Shown: positions 29,756 through 42,058, counted from the first letter of the stretch. The stretch is 64,000 bases of DNA from an uncultured beta proteobacterium (GCA_903935355.1 CAIZRK010000032.1:40661-104660), one strand, 5' to 3'. The notes: generated by a model not told the origin, from the sequence alone. Numbers and translations: made by a program.

Positions 29756-32074
29756 TTACGCTTTGCTAACAGTCATAGACCCGAACATCGGTCCTAATTT
29801 GCTACTTACCAATGTTCCAGCTGAAACACGCACAACACCTGGAGCTAAATTGATTTCAAGTGTTGCTGGGGCATCAACAGAGAGGGTATCTTGAGTAATG
29901 CTCACTACATCCCCCTCTTTCAAACCCAATTCATTAAAGATCGCCGGTCCTAAACCTACTTGTCTACCACGCTTAGCATCACGTGTCAGTTGTAACGCAG
30001 GGGAACGACGCACAATTTGATCGCCTCCATAAATCGCAACGTCTGATATGCGTTCAAGGCCTGTTAGCGGGGCTAGCATGCCATTAGACAAGCTATTGGT
30101 ACTAACTTTATTACTTAATAAAGTGCAATAGTTTTCAGCTAAGGCCTCACCAAGAACTTCTTCAGGCTGATTAAATAAGAACCCATCCAAACCAAGAAGA
30201 CCGCCCAATACGCGCAAGACTTTCCATGCTGGACGTGAATCACCCAACGGTTTCACAGAAGGTTGAATGGTTTGAACTCGTCCTTCTGCATTGACAAAAG
30301 TAGAAACAGTTTCTGTAAAAGTAGAGATTGGCAAAATCACATCTGCCAGCTCTAAAAGATCGGCGCTCTTGTAGGCGGTCATCGCAATGACGGTATTGGC
30401 TTTTGATAAAGAAGTGCGTGCTTGCAAGGGATTGGGTAGGTCAGCGTCAGGCTCTAAATTCATTAAGATGACAGCACGACGTTCACCAGACAGAACTGAT
30501 TGAACACCAGCACCATTGGCTTTAACTAGTGACGCCCCAACAGCATTTCCACCTACTGGCAAGAAGCCAAAAGTAGCACCAGTTTGCTCGGCAATAAATT
30601 GTGCTAATACTGTTAAATCAGAGCATTGGGGATGAGCTATCGCTCCCGAACCCAAAAGTACTGCAGTCGTGGATCCAGAAAGCAAGCTGTCCGCAATCGC
30701 CTGTGCAGATGCAGAAATAGGTATATTAAAGGTGCCAGCTGGCGCGTTAACTGATTTAGCTTGTGCAACTGCAAGAGTAACTTCACTCAAAGCGTTTAAC
30801 CAAGCGCTTGGAGCTGCCGTAATACTGCTGACAGATGGAATAAGCCAATCATCGCCACCGGCATCAAGACGTAATACTTGTAATCCCCGTTTTGCAGCTG
30901 TTCGTAGGCGAGCAGCAACCAATGGCTGCTCCTTACGAAGGAAGCTACCAATTACTAAGACCCGATCAAGCTCGCTTAATTTGCCAATCGGCATTCCCAA
31001 CCAAGGGGCGGATGGTGCTCCGCTGATATCGGTTTGACGCAAGCGAGTATCTACTTGAGTTGAGCCCAACCCACGAATCACTTTTTGCAAAAGATGGAGT
31101 TCTTCAGTGCCAGAAATGGGATGCGCTAAAGCGCCTATCGCATCAGGGCCATTTTCCGCTGCTATAGTTTTCAAAGAACGGGCAATGTAATCCATTGCAG
31201 ATTCCCAATCAGTCTCTAACCATTGTCCACCCTGCTTAACCATCGGAGTAGTGATGCGATCTGCGCTATTTAAGCCTTCATAAGAAAAACGATCACGGTC
31301 ACTAATCCAGCATTCGTTAATTGCTTCGTTATCTAATGCAACTACGCGCATCACTTTATTCGCTTTAGTTTGTATAGTGGTATTGGCACCTAAGCTATCG
31401 TGCGGGCTAATAGATCGCTTGCGACCTAATTCCCAAGTGCGTGCAGCATAGCGGAATGGTTTGCTAGTCAAGGCACCCACAGGGCACAAATCAATCATAT
31501 TGCCGGATAACTCTGAGTCGATAGTTTGCCCTAGGAAGGTAGTGATTTCAGAATGCTCCCCCCGATTAATCATGCCTAATTCCATTACACCGGCTACTTC
31601 TTGTCCAAAACGAACACAGCGGGTGCAATGAATACAGCGAGCCATCTCCTGCATAGAGATTAAAGGACCTACATTCTTGTGAAATACCACCCGTTTTTCT
31701 TCTTCATAGCGAGAATTGGACTTGCCATAACCTACCGCTAAATCTTGTAATTGGCACTCACCACCTTGATCGCAGATTGGGCAATCTAATGGATGGTTAA
31801 TCAGGAGGAACTCCATGACCGAACGCTGTGCTTCAACTGCTTTGGCAGAATGTGTAAAAACCTTCATCCCTTGAGTTACAGGAGTGGCACAAGCTGGCAA
31901 TGGTTTTGGTGCCTTCTCTACTTCTACTAAGCACATGCGGCAGTTTGCAGCGATAGAAAGTTTCTTGTGATAACAAAAGTGAGGAATATAAGTGTCCAGC
32001 TTAGCCGCGGCGTGCATCACCGTCGAACCTTGCGGAACCTCTACCACCTTACCATCTAATTCGATTTCAACCAT
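29756..32074 (-). CDS. nuoG: NADH-quinone oxidoreductase subunit G
   Basis: Has 2Fe-2S and 4Fe-4S cysteine clusters ([46 protein letters not shown]). I prefer the ATG at 32074 (MVEIELDGK), preceded by AAGGTG. The track start at 32101 is TTG. Confidence 0.93.
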   Translation of the reverse strand: MVEIELDGKVVEVPQGSTVMHAAAKLDTYIPHFCYHKKLSIAANCRMCLVEVEKAPKPLPACATPVTQGMKVFTHSAKAVEAQRSVMEFLLINHPLDCPICDQGGECQLQDLAVGYGKSNSRYEEEKRVVFHKNVGPLISMQEMARCIHCTRCVRFGQEVAGVMELGMINRGEHSEITTFLGQTIDSELSGNMIDLCPVGALTSKPFRYAARTWELGRKRSISPHDSLGANTTIQTKANKVMRVVALDNEAINECWISDRDRFSYEGLNSADRITTPMVKQGGQWLETDWESAMDYIARSLKTIAAENGPDAIGALAHPISGTEELHLLQKVIRGLGSTQVDTRLRQTDISGAPSAPWLGMPIGKLSELDRVLVIGSFLRKEQPLVAARLRTAAKRGLQVLRLDAGGDDWLIPSVSSITAAPSAWLNALSEVTLAVAQAKSVNAPAGTFNIPISASAQAIADSLLSGSTTAVLLGSGAIAHPQCSDLTVLAQFIAEQTGATFGFLPVGGNAVGASLVKANGAGVQSVLSGERRAVILMNLEPDADLPNPLQARTSLSKANTVIAMTAYKSADLLELADVILPISTFTETVSTFVNAEGRVQTIQPSVKPLGDSRPAWKVLRVLGGLLGLDGFLFNQPEEVLGEALAENYCTLLSNKVSTNSLSNGMLAPLTGLERISDVAIYGGDQIVRRSPALQLTRDAKRGRQVGLGPAIFNELGLKEGDVVSITQDTLSVDAPATLEINLAPGVVRVSAGTLVSSKLGPMFGSMTVSKA

Positions 32075-32107
32075 GCTCACCTTAAGATGTCCCGTACTCA
32101 ATATCTT

Positions 32108-33406
32108 TTATAAAGCTAGTGCAGAATCTAAGCAGCGCTTATGTTCTACGTGATACGCAAATTCATCCATGTAATGCTTCAACATGCCGCGTACAGGCAT
32201 CGCAGCAGCATCACCCAAGGCACAAATCGTGCGACCTTGAATATTTGCAGCTACATCGTTGAGTAAATCTAAATCTTCTGGACGACCTTGGCCATGTTCA
32301 ATGCGATTGACGATGCGCCATAACCAGCCAGTACCCTCACGACATGGCGTGCACTGACCGCAAGATTCCTCATGATAAAAATAAGATAAGCGTAATAAGG
32401 CCCTGACCATGCATCTGGTGTCATTCATCACAATTACAGCGCCCGAACCCAACATCGATCCCGCTTTAGCGATGCTATCGTAATCCATTGTCAAATCCAT
32501 CATCTGCGCACCAGGAACTACTGGAGCGGAAGATCCTCCAGGAATAACTGCCTTAATTGGCTTACCATCACGCATCCCGCCAGCAAGCTTTAATAACTCA
32601 GCAAACGGAGTACCCAATGGAATCTCGTAGTTGCCCGGGTACATCACATCACCAGAGACAGAGAAAATCTTAGTGCCGCCGTTATTGGGCTTACCTAGCT
32701 CTAAATAAGCCGGTCCACCAATGGCCATAATAAATGGCACAGCGGCAAATGTTTCAGTGTTATTAATTGTAGTTGGCTTACCATACAAACCAAAGCTAGC
32801 CGGGAAAGGTGGTTTAAAACGTGGTTGACCTTTCTTACCTTCAAGCGATTCTAAAAGAGCAGTTTCCTCACCGCAAATGTAAGCACCCCATCCTGGCGCA
32901 GCATGTAATTGAAAGTTAAAGTCACTTTCCATAATCTTGTCGCCAAGGTATCCGGCAGCACGGGCTTCTTCAAGCGCCTCTTCAAAGCGAGTATAGGTAT
33001 CCCAGATTTCACCATGAATATAGTTATAGCCCGTTGAAATACCCATGGTGTACGCACCAATAATCATGCCCTCGATCAAAGCATGTGGGTTATAGCGCAT
33101 GATATCGCGGTCTTTAAAAGTTCCAGGCTCACCTTCATCGCTATTACAAACTAGGTACTTTTGACCAGGGAACTGGCGGGGCATAAAGCTCCACTTCAAT
33201 CCCGTTGGGAAACCTGCTCCACCCCGACCGCGCAAGGAAGAGACTTTCAGTTCTGCAATGATGGCATCAGGTGTAATTTTTTCTTTAATGATGCGACGTA
33301 GCTGTTGATAACCACCACGGCTTTCATAGTCTTTTAAGCGCCAATTTTCGCCATTTAATCCAGCAAGAATTAAAGGTTTAATGTGGCGATCGTGCAAGCT
33401 GGTCAT
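32108..33406 (-). CDS. nuoF: NADH-quinone oxidoreductase subunit F
   Basis: Has the FMN/NADH-binding block [13 protein letters not shown] and the 4Fe-4S motif [12 protein letters not shown]. Confidence 0.95.
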   Translation of the reverse strand: MTSLHDRHIKPLILAGLNGENWRLKDYESRGGYQQLRRIIKEKITPDAIIAELKVSSLRGRGGAGFPTGLKWSFMPRQFPGQKYLVCNSDEGEPGTFKDRDIMRYNPHALIEGMIIGAYTMGISTGYNYIHGEIWDTYTRFEEALEEARAAGYLGDKIMESDFNFQLHAAPGWGAYICGEETALLESLEGKKGQPRFKPPFPASFGLYGKPTTINNTETFAAVPFIMAIGGPAYLELGKPNNGGTKIFSVSGDVMYPGNYEIPLGTPFAELLKLAGGMRDGKPIKAVIPGGSSAPVVPGAQMMDLTMDYDSIAKAGSMLGSGAVIVMNDTRCMVRALLRLSYFYHEESCGQCTPCREGTGWLWRIVNRIEHGQGRPEDLDLLNDVAANIQGRTICALGDAAAMPVRGMLKHYMDEFAYHVEHKRCLDSALAL

Positions 33407-33909
33407 GATGCCTTCCCTTCTGCACGAAGCTCACTTAAAAGCGCATCAATTTTTTCTTTACTCATAAAGCTACACATGCGCTTGTTATTCACAAGCATGA
33501 CTGGTGAATCACCACATGCACCCATGCACTCCCCCTCTTTTAGAGTAAAGGTGCCACAAGGGGTAGTCTCGTTATAACCAATCCCCAATGTTTCTTTTAG
33601 GTAGCTTGCTGCAGTTTCACCATGAGTGAGCTGGCAAGGCAAGTTTGTACAGATCACTAACTTGTATTTACCAATCGGTTTAGTGTCATACATGTTGTAA
33701 AAAGTAGCCACTTCCTCAACTGCAATGGTTGGCATCTCTAAAATAGTGGCAATCGTTTCTATCACCTCAGGAGAGACCCAGCCTACTTCAGTTTGCGCTG
33801 CAATCAGAGAGGCCATCACAGCAGATTGCTTTTGCTCTGGGGGGTATTTAGCGACATTGCGCGCAATATCTGCGAGCGTTTGGTCAGATAGATGGAGAGT
33901 TGTTGTCAT
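33403..33909 (-). CDS. nuoE: NADH-quinone oxidoreductase subunit E
   Basis: 168-aa thioredoxin-like 2Fe-2S protein (ICTNLPCQL...[10 protein letters not shown]). It overlaps the nuoF start by 4 nt. Confidence 0.94.
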   Translation of the reverse strand: MTTTLHLSDQTLADIARNVAKYPPEQKQSAVMASLIAAQTEVGWVSPEVIETIATILEMPTIAVEEVATFYNMYDTKPIGKYKLVICTNLPCQLTHGETAASYLKETLGIGYNETTPCGTFTLKEGECMGACGDSPVMLVNNKRMCSFMSKEKIDALLSELRAEGKAS

Positions 33910-33932
33910 GAATTAATCCTTGGCACGCTGTA

Positions 33933-35186
33933 TTAGCGGTCAATCTCCCCGAACACAATATCTTGGGTACCAATAATAGTTACTGCATCAGCTAACATGT
34001 GGCCCCGTGACATTTCATCCATTGCAGAAAGATGTACAAATCCTGGGGCGCGTATTTTCATGCGGTAGGGCTTATTAGCACCATCAGAAATAAGATAGAT
34101 ACCAAATTCACCCTTAGGATGCTCAACAGCAGAATAAGCCTCGCCATCAGGAACATGCATTCCTTCAGTAAAGAGTTTGAAGTGATGAATCAACTCTTCC
34201 ATATTGGTCTTCATATCCACGCGCTTTGGTGGGGCCACCTTATGGTTATCACTCATCACCGGACCATCATTTGCTTTTAACCAAGCAATGCACTGCTTGA
34301 TGATACGGTTAGATTGACGCATTTCTTCCATGCGAATTAAATAGCGATCATAAGAATCGCCATTTACACCAACTGGAATATCAAAGTCGAGCTTGTCGTA
34401 GGTTTCGTAAGGCTGCTTTTTACGCAAGTCCCACTCAATCCCAGATCCACGCAACATTGGCCCTGTAAATCCTAACTGCAATGCGCGCTCAGGGGTCACG
34501 ACGCCAATTCCAACTAAGCGCTGCTTCCAAATACGGTTATCAGTCAAGAGGTTGCAATACTCATCTACATTTGCATCAAAGCGACCCGAAAAATCCTCAA
34601 TAAAATCAAGCAATGTACCGCTACGGTTTTCATTGAGTCGTTTAATAGCAGAGTCACTACGAATCTTGTTCTTATTGAACTGCGCCATTTGATCAGGTAA
34701 ATCCCGATATACGCCACCAGGTCGATAGTAAGCAGCATGCATCCGCGCTCCGGATACTGCCTCATACATATCAAAAATATCTTCACGATCACGGAAGGCA
34801 TACAAAAATACAGCCATTGCGCCTACGTCTAGGCCATGGCAACCAATCCACAATAAGTGATTTAGTAAGCGAGTTAACTCATCAAACATCACGCGAATAT
34901 ACTGAGCACGTAGTGGAACATCTACTTGTAGTAATTTTTCGATGGCCAACACATAAGCATGCTCGTTGGACATCATAGAAACATAATCCAAACGATCCAT
35001 ATATGGAACATTCTGAATCCAAGTGCGAGTCTCGGCTAATTTTTCAGTAGCGCGATGCAATAAGCCAATATGTGGGTCAGCACGCTGAATCACTTCGCCA
35101 TCGAGCTCAAGCACTAAACGCAAAACGCCGTGAGCTGCAGGATGCTGAGGTCCAAAATTGAGGGTGTAGTTCTTAATTTGTGCCAT
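33933..35186 (-). CDS. nuoD: NADH-quinone oxidoreductase subunit D
   Basis: 417-aa ORF starting [31 protein letters not shown], the canonical NuoD N-terminus. Confidence 0.95.
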   Translation of the reverse strand: MAQIKNYTLNFGPQHPAAHGVLRLVLELDGEVIQRADPHIGLLHRATEKLAETRTWIQNVPYMDRLDYVSMMSNEHAYVLAIEKLLQVDVPLRAQYIRVMFDELTRLLNHLLWIGCHGLDVGAMAVFLYAFRDREDIFDMYEAVSGARMHAAYYRPGGVYRDLPDQMAQFNKNKIRSDSAIKRLNENRSGTLLDFIEDFSGRFDANVDEYCNLLTDNRIWKQRLVGIGVVTPERALQLGFTGPMLRGSGIEWDLRKKQPYETYDKLDFDIPVGVNGDSYDRYLIRMEEMRQSNRIIKQCIAWLKANDGPVMSDNHKVAPPKRVDMKTNMEELIHHFKLFTEGMHVPDGEAYSAVEHPKGEFGIYLISDGANKPYRMKIRAPGFVHLSAMDEMSRGHMLADAVTIIGTQDIVFGEIDR

Positions 35187-35189
35187 GAC

Positions 35190-35789
35190 TTAAACCGGTC
35201 CTCCGTACTGCTCTTCCCGAACGATGCGTGGCGTAATTTCTCGCGCTTCAATCGTCACAGGTTGATATACCACCCGCTTTAACTCTGGGTCATAACGCAT
35301 TTCCACATTCCCAGAAATCGGAAAGTCTTTTCTAAATGGGTGGCCGATAAAGCCATAGTCAGTCAAGATGCGACGCAAATCGTCATGCCCCTCAAACAAA
35401 ATACCGTAGAGGTCAAATGCTTCACGTTCAAACCAGTTTGCACTCGCCCATACTGGAGTTAGTGAAGCGACTACTGGATAACTATCCTCCGGTGCAAAAA
35501 CACGAACACGCAAGCGCCAATTATGCGCGAGGGATAAAAGATGAGTTACAGCAGCAAAACGTCGTCCACTCCATTTACCATCGCGGAAATCTTGATAGTC
35601 AACGCCACACAGGTCAATCAATTGCTCAAAGGCCAAAGAAGGATCATCGCGCAACAGCATGGCAGACTCAAAATACGTGTCTGCGCTAACAACTACCGTT
35701 ACCTCACCTAAGGCGAGTTCAATAGACTGCACGCGCTTGCCAAGTACTTTTTCAAGGTTGGCTGTTAATGTAATTAAGCGATCTGACAT
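35190..35789 (-). CDS. nuoC: NADH-quinone oxidoreductase subunit C
   Basis: 199-aa ORF containing [31 protein letters not shown], the typical NuoC block. Confidence 0.94.
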   Translation of the reverse strand: MSDRLITLTANLEKVLGKRVQSIELALGEVTVVVSADTYFESAMLLRDDPSLAFEQLIDLCGVDYQDFRDGKWSGRRFAAVTHLLSLAHNWRLRVRVFAPEDSYPVVASLTPVWASANWFEREAFDLYGILFEGHDDLRRILTDYGFIGHPFRKDFPISGNVEMRYDPELKRVVYQPVTIEAREITPRIVREEQYGGPV

Positions 35790-35792
35790 TAC

Positions 35793-36275
35793 TTAAGCCT
35801 TCCGTGCAATCGTGCTAGTACGACCAATTTTAGATTGCAACTGAATAATTCCATAGATCAACGCTTCTGCAGTTGGAGGGCAACCAGGAACATAGATATC
35901 GACTGGCACTATACGGTCGCAGCCGCGTACTACTGAATAGGAGTTATGGTAGTAACCGCCACCATTGGCACATGAGCCCATGGAGATTACCCAACGTGGC
36001 TCTGGCATTTGGTCATACACTTTACGCAGTGCTGGGGCCATCTTATTGCACAAAGTACCAGCAACAATCATTAAATCCGATTGACGTGGAGATGGGCGAA
36101 ACACCACGCCAAATCGATCCAAGTCGTAGCGAGAGGCACCAGCATGCATCATTTCTACCGCACAGCAGGCCAGGCCAAAGGTCATTGGCCACAAAGAACC
36201 ATTACGCGTCCAGTTAATTAACTGATCAGCAGTAGTGGTAACAAATCCTTCTTTAAGAACGCCTTCTAGTGCCAT
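35793..36275 (-). CDS. nuoB: NADH-quinone oxidoreductase subunit B
   Basis: Contains [20 protein letters not shown] and PGCPPT (N2 cluster ligands). I use the ATG at 36275; the track's GTG at 36284 overlaps the nuoA stop. Confidence 0.94.
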   Translation of the reverse strand: MALEGVLKEGFVTTTADQLINWTRNGSLWPMTFGLACCAVEMMHAGASRYDLDRFGVVFRPSPRQSDLMIVAGTLCNKMAPALRKVYDQMPEPRWVISMGSCANGGGYYHNSYSVVRGCDRIVPVDIYVPGCPPTAEALIYGIIQLQSKIGRTSTIARKA

Positions 36276-36280
36276 ATCTA

Positions 36281-36640
36281 TCACTCCCAGTCGAGAGCGC
36301 CCTTTTTCCAGATATATACAAATCCCACAATAAATTCCAAAAGGAATATAACCATGGAGGCGTAACCAAACCAGCCAATATCACGAAGAGCTACACCCCA
36401 TGGAAATAGGAATGCAGTTTCTAAGTCAAATAGGATAAAGAGGATGGCAATTAAGTAGTAGCGCACGTCAAATTTCATACGCGCATCTTCGAAAGCTTCA
36501 AAACCGCACTCATATGGTGACAGCTTTTCCGCATCTGGCTTAGAAGGGGCCAAAATTTTTCCAAGGAACATGGGGACTAAACCCACCCCAATGCCTACGA
36601 GGATAAAAAGCAGAACAGGAAAGTAATTAGCGAGATTCAA
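36281..36640 (-). CDS. nuoA: NADH-quinone oxidoreductase subunit A
   Basis: Contains [22 protein letters not shown], the NuoA hallmark. I prefer the TTG at 36640, preceded by AGGA. It gives [12 protein letters not shown] and 119 aa, matching related NuoA proteins as I recall them. The track ORF extends to another TTG at 36682. Confidence 0.88.
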   Translation of the reverse strand: MNLANYFPVLLFILVGIGVGLVPMFLGKILAPSKPDAEKLSPYECGFEAFEDARMKFDVRYYLIAILFILFDLETAFLFPWGVALRDIGWFGYASMVIFLLEFIVGFVYIWKKGALDWE

Positions 36641-36747
36641 AATGGTCCTGAGTCGTTCGTCTTGTAAATCTAGTAACAACAAAACATCAATTATTCCACT
36701 ACATGAAGCCTTTATTTAGAGCATAAACCCCTACAAACTTTAAAAGT

Positions 36748-36832
36748 TGGTGCCGACGGCGAGACTCGAACTCGCACAGCCTAAGCCACTACCCCCTCAA
36801 GATAGCGTGTCTACCAATTCCACCACGTCGGC
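36748..36832 (-). tRNA. tRNA-Leu (anticodon GAG), type II with long variable arm, CCA encoded
   Basis: The reverse complement reads GCCGACGTGGTGGAATTGGTAGACACGCTATCTTGAGGGGGTAGTGGCTTAGGCTGTGCGAGTTCGAGTCTCGCCGTCGGCACCA. It has a 7-bp acceptor stem, a GCGAG/CTCGC T-stem with a TTCGAGT loop, and an anticodon loop TTGAGGG. Confidence 0.93.
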
Positions 36833-36922
36833 ATCTTGCAAAACCTATTAATTCTACTGCATTGCACCACTCAAAAAACCCAAAAGTAGGGGTAAAGTAG
36901 GTCTAAACCCAAACTTTTTTAT

Positions 36923-37270
36923 TTACTTTGGAACAGCTGGCTTAGTGGGATCCTGAACGGGAGCCACTGGTGCAACTACAGGAGCCACAATGGGGGCTAC
37001 CGTTCCAGACAAAATGCCTGGACTTACTTCTTTCTTATTCCCAATCCAAGTAATGCCTAAGGTGGAGATAAAAAATATAGCAGCAAAAATAGCAGTGGTA
37101 TGGGATAGAAAATTGGCAGAGCCGCTAGCGCCAAAAAGGCTGCCCGAAGATCCAGAGCCAAATGCGGCGCCCATATCCGCACCCTTACCCTGCTGTAGCA
37201 ATACCAGCAGAATCACACCTAAGGCGGATATCACCTGCAATACAATTAATAAAGTCTTCAACCATTCCAT
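36923..37270 (-). CDS. secG: preprotein translocase subunit SecG
   Basis: 115-aa ORF with LLQQGKGADMGAAFGSGSSGSLFGASGSANFL, the SecG signature. The tpiA-secG-tRNA-Leu-nuo synteny is conserved. Confidence 0.92.
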   Translation of the reverse strand: MEWLKTLLIVLQVISALGVILLVLLQQGKGADMGAAFGSGSSGSLFGASGSANFLSHTTAIFAAIFFISTLGITWIGNKKEVSPGILSGTVAPIVAPVVAPVAPVQDPTKPAVPK

Positions 37271-37292
37271 GGTCTATCTCCAAATAAAAAAT

Positions 37293-38051
37293 CTAAGCCT
37301 GACAAATAGCCAAGAAATCCTGAGGATTTAATGAGGCACCCCCAATCAATCCACCATCAATATCAGGCATTGCAAAAAGTTCAACGGCATTATCAGGTTT
37401 AACACTGCCGCCATACAAAATTCCTACGTGGGATGCCACATCCTCATCAAACTCAGCTAACTGCAAGCGAATGGCTCGGTGCATGTCTTGTGCAAGCTGT
37501 GCGCTAGCGACCTGACCAGTGCCTATCGCCCATATCGGTTCGTAGGCAATTAAACAATCAGCTAAACGGTCTTGCAATACAGCCACTTGCTTAGCAATTT
37601 GGCCACAGACCACTTCAATTTCCCGTCCAGAGTTGCGCTCATCTGCAGACTCGCCCACACAAATTACTGGAATCATGCCGTTATCTAGTACTTGCAAAGC
37701 TTTCTCGGCAATAAGCTCATCGGTTTCTTGATGAAAATGACGACGTTCAGAATGGCCGACAAGAACATACTTGCAATTCATCTCTTTTAACATCGATGCC
37801 GCAACTTCACCGGTATAAGCACCAGAGGCAAAGGCTGATACATCTTGAGCGCCTAAACTCAAAAATGCTATAGAGCAATCTTTGATCAACTGCCCACACT
37901 GAGCTAAATACGGAAATGGGGTGCAGACCGCATACTGACGACCTGCTGGCATTCCCTGCTCCATGCCACGACAAACAGTGTTAACCCAGCCTGCATTACT
38001 AGCAAGACTACCGTTCATTTTCCAATTGCCGATTACGATGAGTGGACGCAT
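37293..38051 (-). CDS. tpiA: triose-phosphate isomerase
   Basis: Contains IGNWKMNG, VGHSERR and AYEPIWAIGTG. I use the ATG at 38051; the track start at 38060 is TTG. Confidence 0.94.
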   Translation of the reverse strand: MRPLIVIGNWKMNGSLASNAGWVNTVCRGMEQGMPAGRQYAVCTPFPYLAQCGQLIKDCSIAFLSLGAQDVSAFASGAYTGEVAASMLKEMNCKYVLVGHSERRHFHQETDELIAEKALQVLDNGMIPVICVGESADERNSGREIEVVCGQIAKQVAVLQDRLADCLIAYEPIWAIGTGQVASAQLAQDMHRAIRLQLAEFDEDVASHVGILYGGSVKPDNAVELFAMPDIDGGLIGGASLNPQDFLAICQA

Positions 38052-38068
38052 AATTATCAAAAAAATAC

Positions 38069-39067
38069 TTAAACCGTGAGCACAATCTTGCCAACATGCT
38101 CTGACGATTCCATCAAACGGTGCGCATCAGCAGCTTGCTCTAAGGTAAATGTTCGATAAATTACCGGCTTTAACTTTCCAGCATCTAGCAAGGGCCAAAT
38201 ACAAGAGTACAACTGCTGCGTAATCTGCTTTTTAAAGGACACGGGCCTTGGACGTAATGTTGAACCAGTAATGGTTAATCGACGACGCAAGATTTGACCT
38301 GTATTGACTTCTGCTTTCGAGCCGCCCATGATCGCAATAACCACAATACGTCCATCATCAGCTAAACAATCAATCTCACGTTGTACATAAGCACCAGTAA
38401 CCATATCTAAAATTACATTTACACCCTTACCATCTGTAGCTTTTTTAATCTCTTCAACAAAATCTTGGGTTTTGTAGTTAATTGCTAAATCGGCACCAAG
38501 TGCTAGGCAAGCGGCACATTTTTCGTCAGTACCAGCAGTCACAAATACCTTATGACCTAGTGCTTTGGCAATCAGAATAGCAGTTACACCAATACCACTA
38601 GATCCGCCTTGCACCAGTAAAGTTTCACCTTCGGATAATTCACCGCGCATAAAAACATTGCTCCACACGGTATAAAAAGTTTCAGGTAAAGCAGCAGCTT
38701 CTTGATCGGTAAAACCGGTGGGATAAGGCAAGCACTGCGCAATTGGCGCAGTACATAACTCTGCATAACCACCGCCTTGCACTAATGCACAGACTTTATC
38801 GCCAAGCTTTAGACCAAGTTCATTATCCGAATGAGAAAGATCTCCGCCAATAATTTCACCAGCGACTTCAAGTCCTGGAATATCAGACGCGCCTGCTGGA
38901 ACTGGGTAATGGCCTTTACGTTGCAACACGTCTGGGCGGTTAATGCCCGCAGCTATTACCCGAATCAAAACCTCACCAGTTCCAGCAACCGGAGCTGCTA
39001 GATCAAGACGAGTACTTGGCACCAACATTTCTGGGGTCCCAAATTCTTTGATTTCCATTACACGCAT
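38069..39067 (-). CDS. NAD(P)H:quinone oxidoreductase (zinc-independent MDR/zeta-crystallin family)
   Basis: Medium-chain dehydrogenase fold: AAGINRPDVLQRKGHYP and the nucleotide-binding block LVQGGSSGIGVTAI. The start is uncertain (ATG 39067 or 39058; the track's TTG is at 39109). Confidence 0.82.
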   Translation of the reverse strand: MRVMEIKEFGTPEMLVPSTRLDLAAPVAGTGEVLIRVIAAGINRPDVLQRKGHYPVPAGASDIPGLEVAGEIIGGDLSHSDNELGLKLGDKVCALVQGGGYAELCTAPIAQCLPYPTGFTDQEAAALPETFYTVWSNVFMRGELSEGETLLVQGGSSGIGVTAILIAKALGHKVFVTAGTDEKCAACLALGADLAINYKTQDFVEEIKKATDGKGVNVILDMVTGAYVQREIDCLADDGRIVVIAIMGGSKAEVNTGQILRRRLTITGSTLRPRPVSFKKQITQQLYSCIWPLLDAGKLKPVIYRTFTLEQAADAHRLMESSEHVGKIVLTV

Positions 39068-39112
39068 AAAAAATATTCCCGCTGGACTATTGAATAATAA
39101 CTTTGACAATAA

Positions 39113-41302
39113 TTAAGCTGTTTCGTCAGCCGCTGGAGCAGCAATAACAGCTTCAGCAACAACTTCAGGTGTATTTACAGCCGCATCAGCTAAAGGAGCA
39201 ATCATGCCACCCTCTTCAGCCATTGCAGCCTTAAGAGACAAACGCAAACGACCACGCTCATCAGCAGCCAACAATTTCACGCGAACTACTTGACCTTCTT
39301 GTAAATAGTCTTTGACTTCTTTTACGCGCTCACTAGATATTTCAGAGATATGCAACAGACCATCTTTTCCTGGAAGAATATTCACTAAAGCGCCGAACTC
39401 GAGTAATTTTACAACCGGGCCTTCGTAGATCTTACCTACTTCAGCTTCAGCAGTAATGCCCTCAATGCGAGCTTTTGCTTCAGCCATTCCTTCAGCACTA
39501 GTAGAAGCAATCGTGATAGTGCCATCATCTTTGATGTCAATACTGCATCCCGTTTCTTTAGTCAATGCTTGAATAGTTGCGCCGCCTTTGCCAATCACTT
39601 CGCGAATCTTGTCTGGATGGATCTTGAAAGAAACCATCCGTGGGGCATGCGCAGATAGCTCGGTACGAACTGAGCCCATCGCTGCTTGCATATTGCTTAA
39701 TATATGCAAGCGACCCTCTTTAGCTTGAGCTAATGCAACTTGCATAATTTCTTTAGTAATACCTTGAACTTTAATGTCCATTTGTAGGGCAGTAATTCCA
39801 TTAGCAGTACCCGCAACTTTGAAGTCCATATCGCCCAAGTGATCTTCATCACCTAAGATATCGGTCAATACCGCAAAACGATTGCCGTCCAAAATTAACC
39901 CCATGGCTACACCAGCAACATGGGCTTTGATTGGAACACCTGCATCCATCATGGCTAAACAACCACCGCAAACAGAAGCCATAGATGAAGAGCCATTTGA
40001 CTCGGTGATTTCTGATACAACCCGAATGCTATATGCAAAATCTTCTGCACTTGGCAATACTGGAATCAACGCGCGTTTAGCTAAGCGACCATGACCAATT
40101 TCACGACGCTTTGGACTACCTACACGGCCAGTTTCACCAGTTGCAAATGGGGGCATGTTGTAGTGGAACATAAAGCGATCACGGTACTCGCCTTCCAGTG
40201 CATCTATGATTTGCTCATCACGAGCAGTACCTAAAGTAGCAACTACCATAGCCTGCGTCTCGCCACGGGTAAACAATGCTGAACCATGGGTGCGTGGTAA
40301 TACACCATTGCGAATTTCAATTGGACGAACAGTACGGGTATCACGACCATCGATCCGAGGTTCACCATTCAAAATTTGACTACGAACAATCTTCGCTTCG
40401 ATTTCAAACAAGATATCGTTTACAGCGACAGAGTCAACTTCACCGTCAAGAGAAAGCTTGGCCACTACCTCTTTAGTAATTTCTTTGAGCTTATCTGACC
40501 GCGCTCCTTTTTGACGAATCTGATACGCCTCGCGTAATGGGCCTTCCGCTAACGCAGTGACTTTAGCAATAAATGGCTCATCTTTAGGGGCAGCAGTCCA
40601 ATCCCACTCTGGCTTGCCAGCTTCGCTAACTAAGTCGTTAATTGCATTGATGGCTGTTTGCATTTGGTCGTGACCATATACAACTGCACCCAACATAATT
40701 TCTTCGGATAATTGATTGGCTTCAGACTCCACCATTAATACCGCAACTTGCGTACCGGCAACGATCAAATCAAGTTCGCTAGTTGCTTGCTCAGTGCGGG
40801 TTGGGTTCAAGAGGTATTGGCCATTAGCATAACCAACACGTGCCGCACCTACTGGTCCACTAAATGGAATACCAGAAATAGCTAAAGCAGCTGATGCTGC
40901 GATTAATGCAGGAATATCAGCTGGAACGTCAGGGTTGATCGACATGACATGAATCACAACCTGCACTTCATTCAAAAATCCCTCAGGAAATAATGGGCGT
41001 AATGGGCGATCAATCAGGCGGGATATTAAGGTCTCACCTTCTGATGGACGACCTTCGCGTCGGAAAAAGCCACCAGGGATTTTGCCTGCAGCATATGTTT
41101 TTTCCAAGTAATCTACTGTCAACGGGAAAAATGATTGGCCAGGTTTGGCTGATTTAGAAGCTACTACAGTACCCATCACCACTGTGTCATCAACATTAAC
41201 GATCACAGCGCCGCCAGCTTGACGGGCAATCTCGCCAGTCTCCATGACTACTTGATGGTTGCCCCATTGAAAACTTTTTACTGCTTTATTAAACATTGTC
41301 AT
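39113..41302 (-). CDS. pnp: polyribonucleotide nucleotidyltransferase (PNPase)
   Basis: Two RNase PH domains plus KH and S1 domains ([30 protein letters not shown]...; [32 protein letters not shown]). The ATG at 41302 is preceded by GGAGAA 8 nt upstream. The track start at 41326 is GTG. Confidence 0.95.
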   Translation of the reverse strand: MTMFNKAVKSFQWGNHQVVMETGEIARQAGGAVIVNVDDTVVMGTVVASKSAKPGQSFFPLTVDYLEKTYAAGKIPGGFFRREGRPSEGETLISRLIDRPLRPLFPEGFLNEVQVVIHVMSINPDVPADIPALIAASAALAISGIPFSGPVGAARVGYANGQYLLNPTRTEQATSELDLIVAGTQVAVLMVESEANQLSEEIMLGAVVYGHDQMQTAINAINDLVSEAGKPEWDWTAAPKDEPFIAKVTALAEGPLREAYQIRQKGARSDKLKEITKEVVAKLSLDGEVDSVAVNDILFEIEAKIVRSQILNGEPRIDGRDTRTVRPIEIRNGVLPRTHGSALFTRGETQAMVVATLGTARDEQIIDALEGEYRDRFMFHYNMPPFATGETGRVGSPKRREIGHGRLAKRALIPVLPSAEDFAYSIRVVSEITESNGSSSMASVCGGCLAMMDAGVPIKAHVAGVAMGLILDGNRFAVLTDILGDEDHLGDMDFKVAGTANGITALQMDIKVQGITKEIMQVALAQAKEGRLHILSNMQAAMGSVRTELSAHAPRMVSFKIHPDKIREVIGKGGATIQALTKETGCSIDIKDDGTITIASTSAEGMAEAKARIEGITAEAEVGKIYEGPVVKLLEFGALVNILPGKDGLLHISEISSERVKEVKDYLQEGQVVRVKLLAADERGRLRLSLKAAMAEEGGMIAPLADAAVNTPEVVAEAVIAAPAADETA

Positions 41303-41350
41303 TTCGATCTTCTCCAAATTGTTCACGCAAAACCCACATGGATTTCGCGC

Positions 41351-41468
41351 TTGCCGTGGGATAAAGCAGTGTCACGGCAACACTGGAGCGTTTGAAGATC
41401 ACAAGGGGATGTCATTCCAAGGAGACTCTGAATGGCATTCAGAAACTCATTGGAATGACACGATCCCC
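41351..41468 (-). promoter_or_regulatory. structured pnp 5' leader (two stem-loops, candidate RNase III / autoregulation site)
   Basis: One hairpin is ttgccgtg (41351-58) / cacggcaa (41373-80). The other is a long hairpin at 41405-41468: 5+11 bp with a 3-nt bulge, plus an apical 6-bp tctgaa/ttcaga helix. Both lie between the rpsO terminator and the pnp start. Confidence 0.55.
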
Positions 41469-41492
41469 TACACAAATGAACTTGAAACGCCC

Positions 41493-41554
41493 AAAAAACA
41501 TGCCATCTGCTTAAGACTGAATCTGGTAAGAAACAACCCTAAGAAAGATGGCAT
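41493..41554 (-). terminator. rpsO intrinsic terminator / attenuator ahead of pnp
   Basis: 9-bp stem atgccatct (41500-08) / agatggcat (41546-54), extended by a 6-bp helix that contains a G-U pair only on the minus-strand RNA. A U6 run follows (aaaaaa, 41493-98 on plus). It begins 17 nt after the rpsO stop. Confidence 0.65.
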
Positions 41555-41570
41555 TGCATACCGATAAGAA

Positions 41571-41840
41571 TTACTTACGGAGACCTAATTTCTCAATCAA
41601 TGCACGATAGCGGTCCAAATCTTTGCCTTTGAGATAATCCAATAGGCGACGGCGACGTGAAACCATCTTCAATAAACCGCGACGGCTATGATGGTCTTTG
41701 GCGTTAGCCTTGAAATGGGGGGTTAATTCATTGATGCGGGCTGTAAGTAATGAAACTTGAACTTCAGGACTGCCCGTATCGTTTGCGCTACGCGCGTTTT
41801 CTTTGACGATTTCCGCCGTTTTAATATCAGCAACTGCCAT
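41571..41840 (-). CDS. rpsO: 30S ribosomal protein S15
   Basis: Contains ...[49 protein letters not shown]..., canonical S15. The ATG at 41840 lies 7 nt after AAGGAG; the upstream ATG at 41846 is too close to the SD. Confidence 0.95.
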   Translation of the reverse strand: MAVADIKTAEIVKENARSANDTGSPEVQVSLLTARINELTPHFKANAKDHHSRRGLLKMVSRRRRLLDYLKGKDLDRYRALIEKLGLRK

Positions 41841-42058
41841 TTTCATACTCCTTACTTGCGAACACTTGAGCTTTCACCCAATTCGTGTCGTGCATTTATT
41901 AATCAAATAAAACAAAAAAGCTTTACAAATCAAAGCCATCGAATTGTAGCAGAGAGAGTACCTATTGAGTAAATGCTTCTTGAAAAAGTTGGTATTCTGT
42001 GGGAATTGCAGCAATATCTTAATGGAATAAATATCAATAAAATCAGGTACTTATCAAA

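Noticed and set aside
36923-37000. VAP-rich C-terminal tail of SecG (VAPIVAPVVAPVAPV) as a DNA tandem repeat
   Set aside because: The underlying DNA is not a clean repeat. It looks like a low-complexity Pro/Ala/Val linker rather than a repeat element.
41319-41567. 82-aa + strand ORF in the rpsO-pnp spacer
   Set aside because: It has a TTG start and no SD. It lies on the strand opposite to both flanking genes, and the region is better explained by the terminator and long hairpins of the pnp leader.
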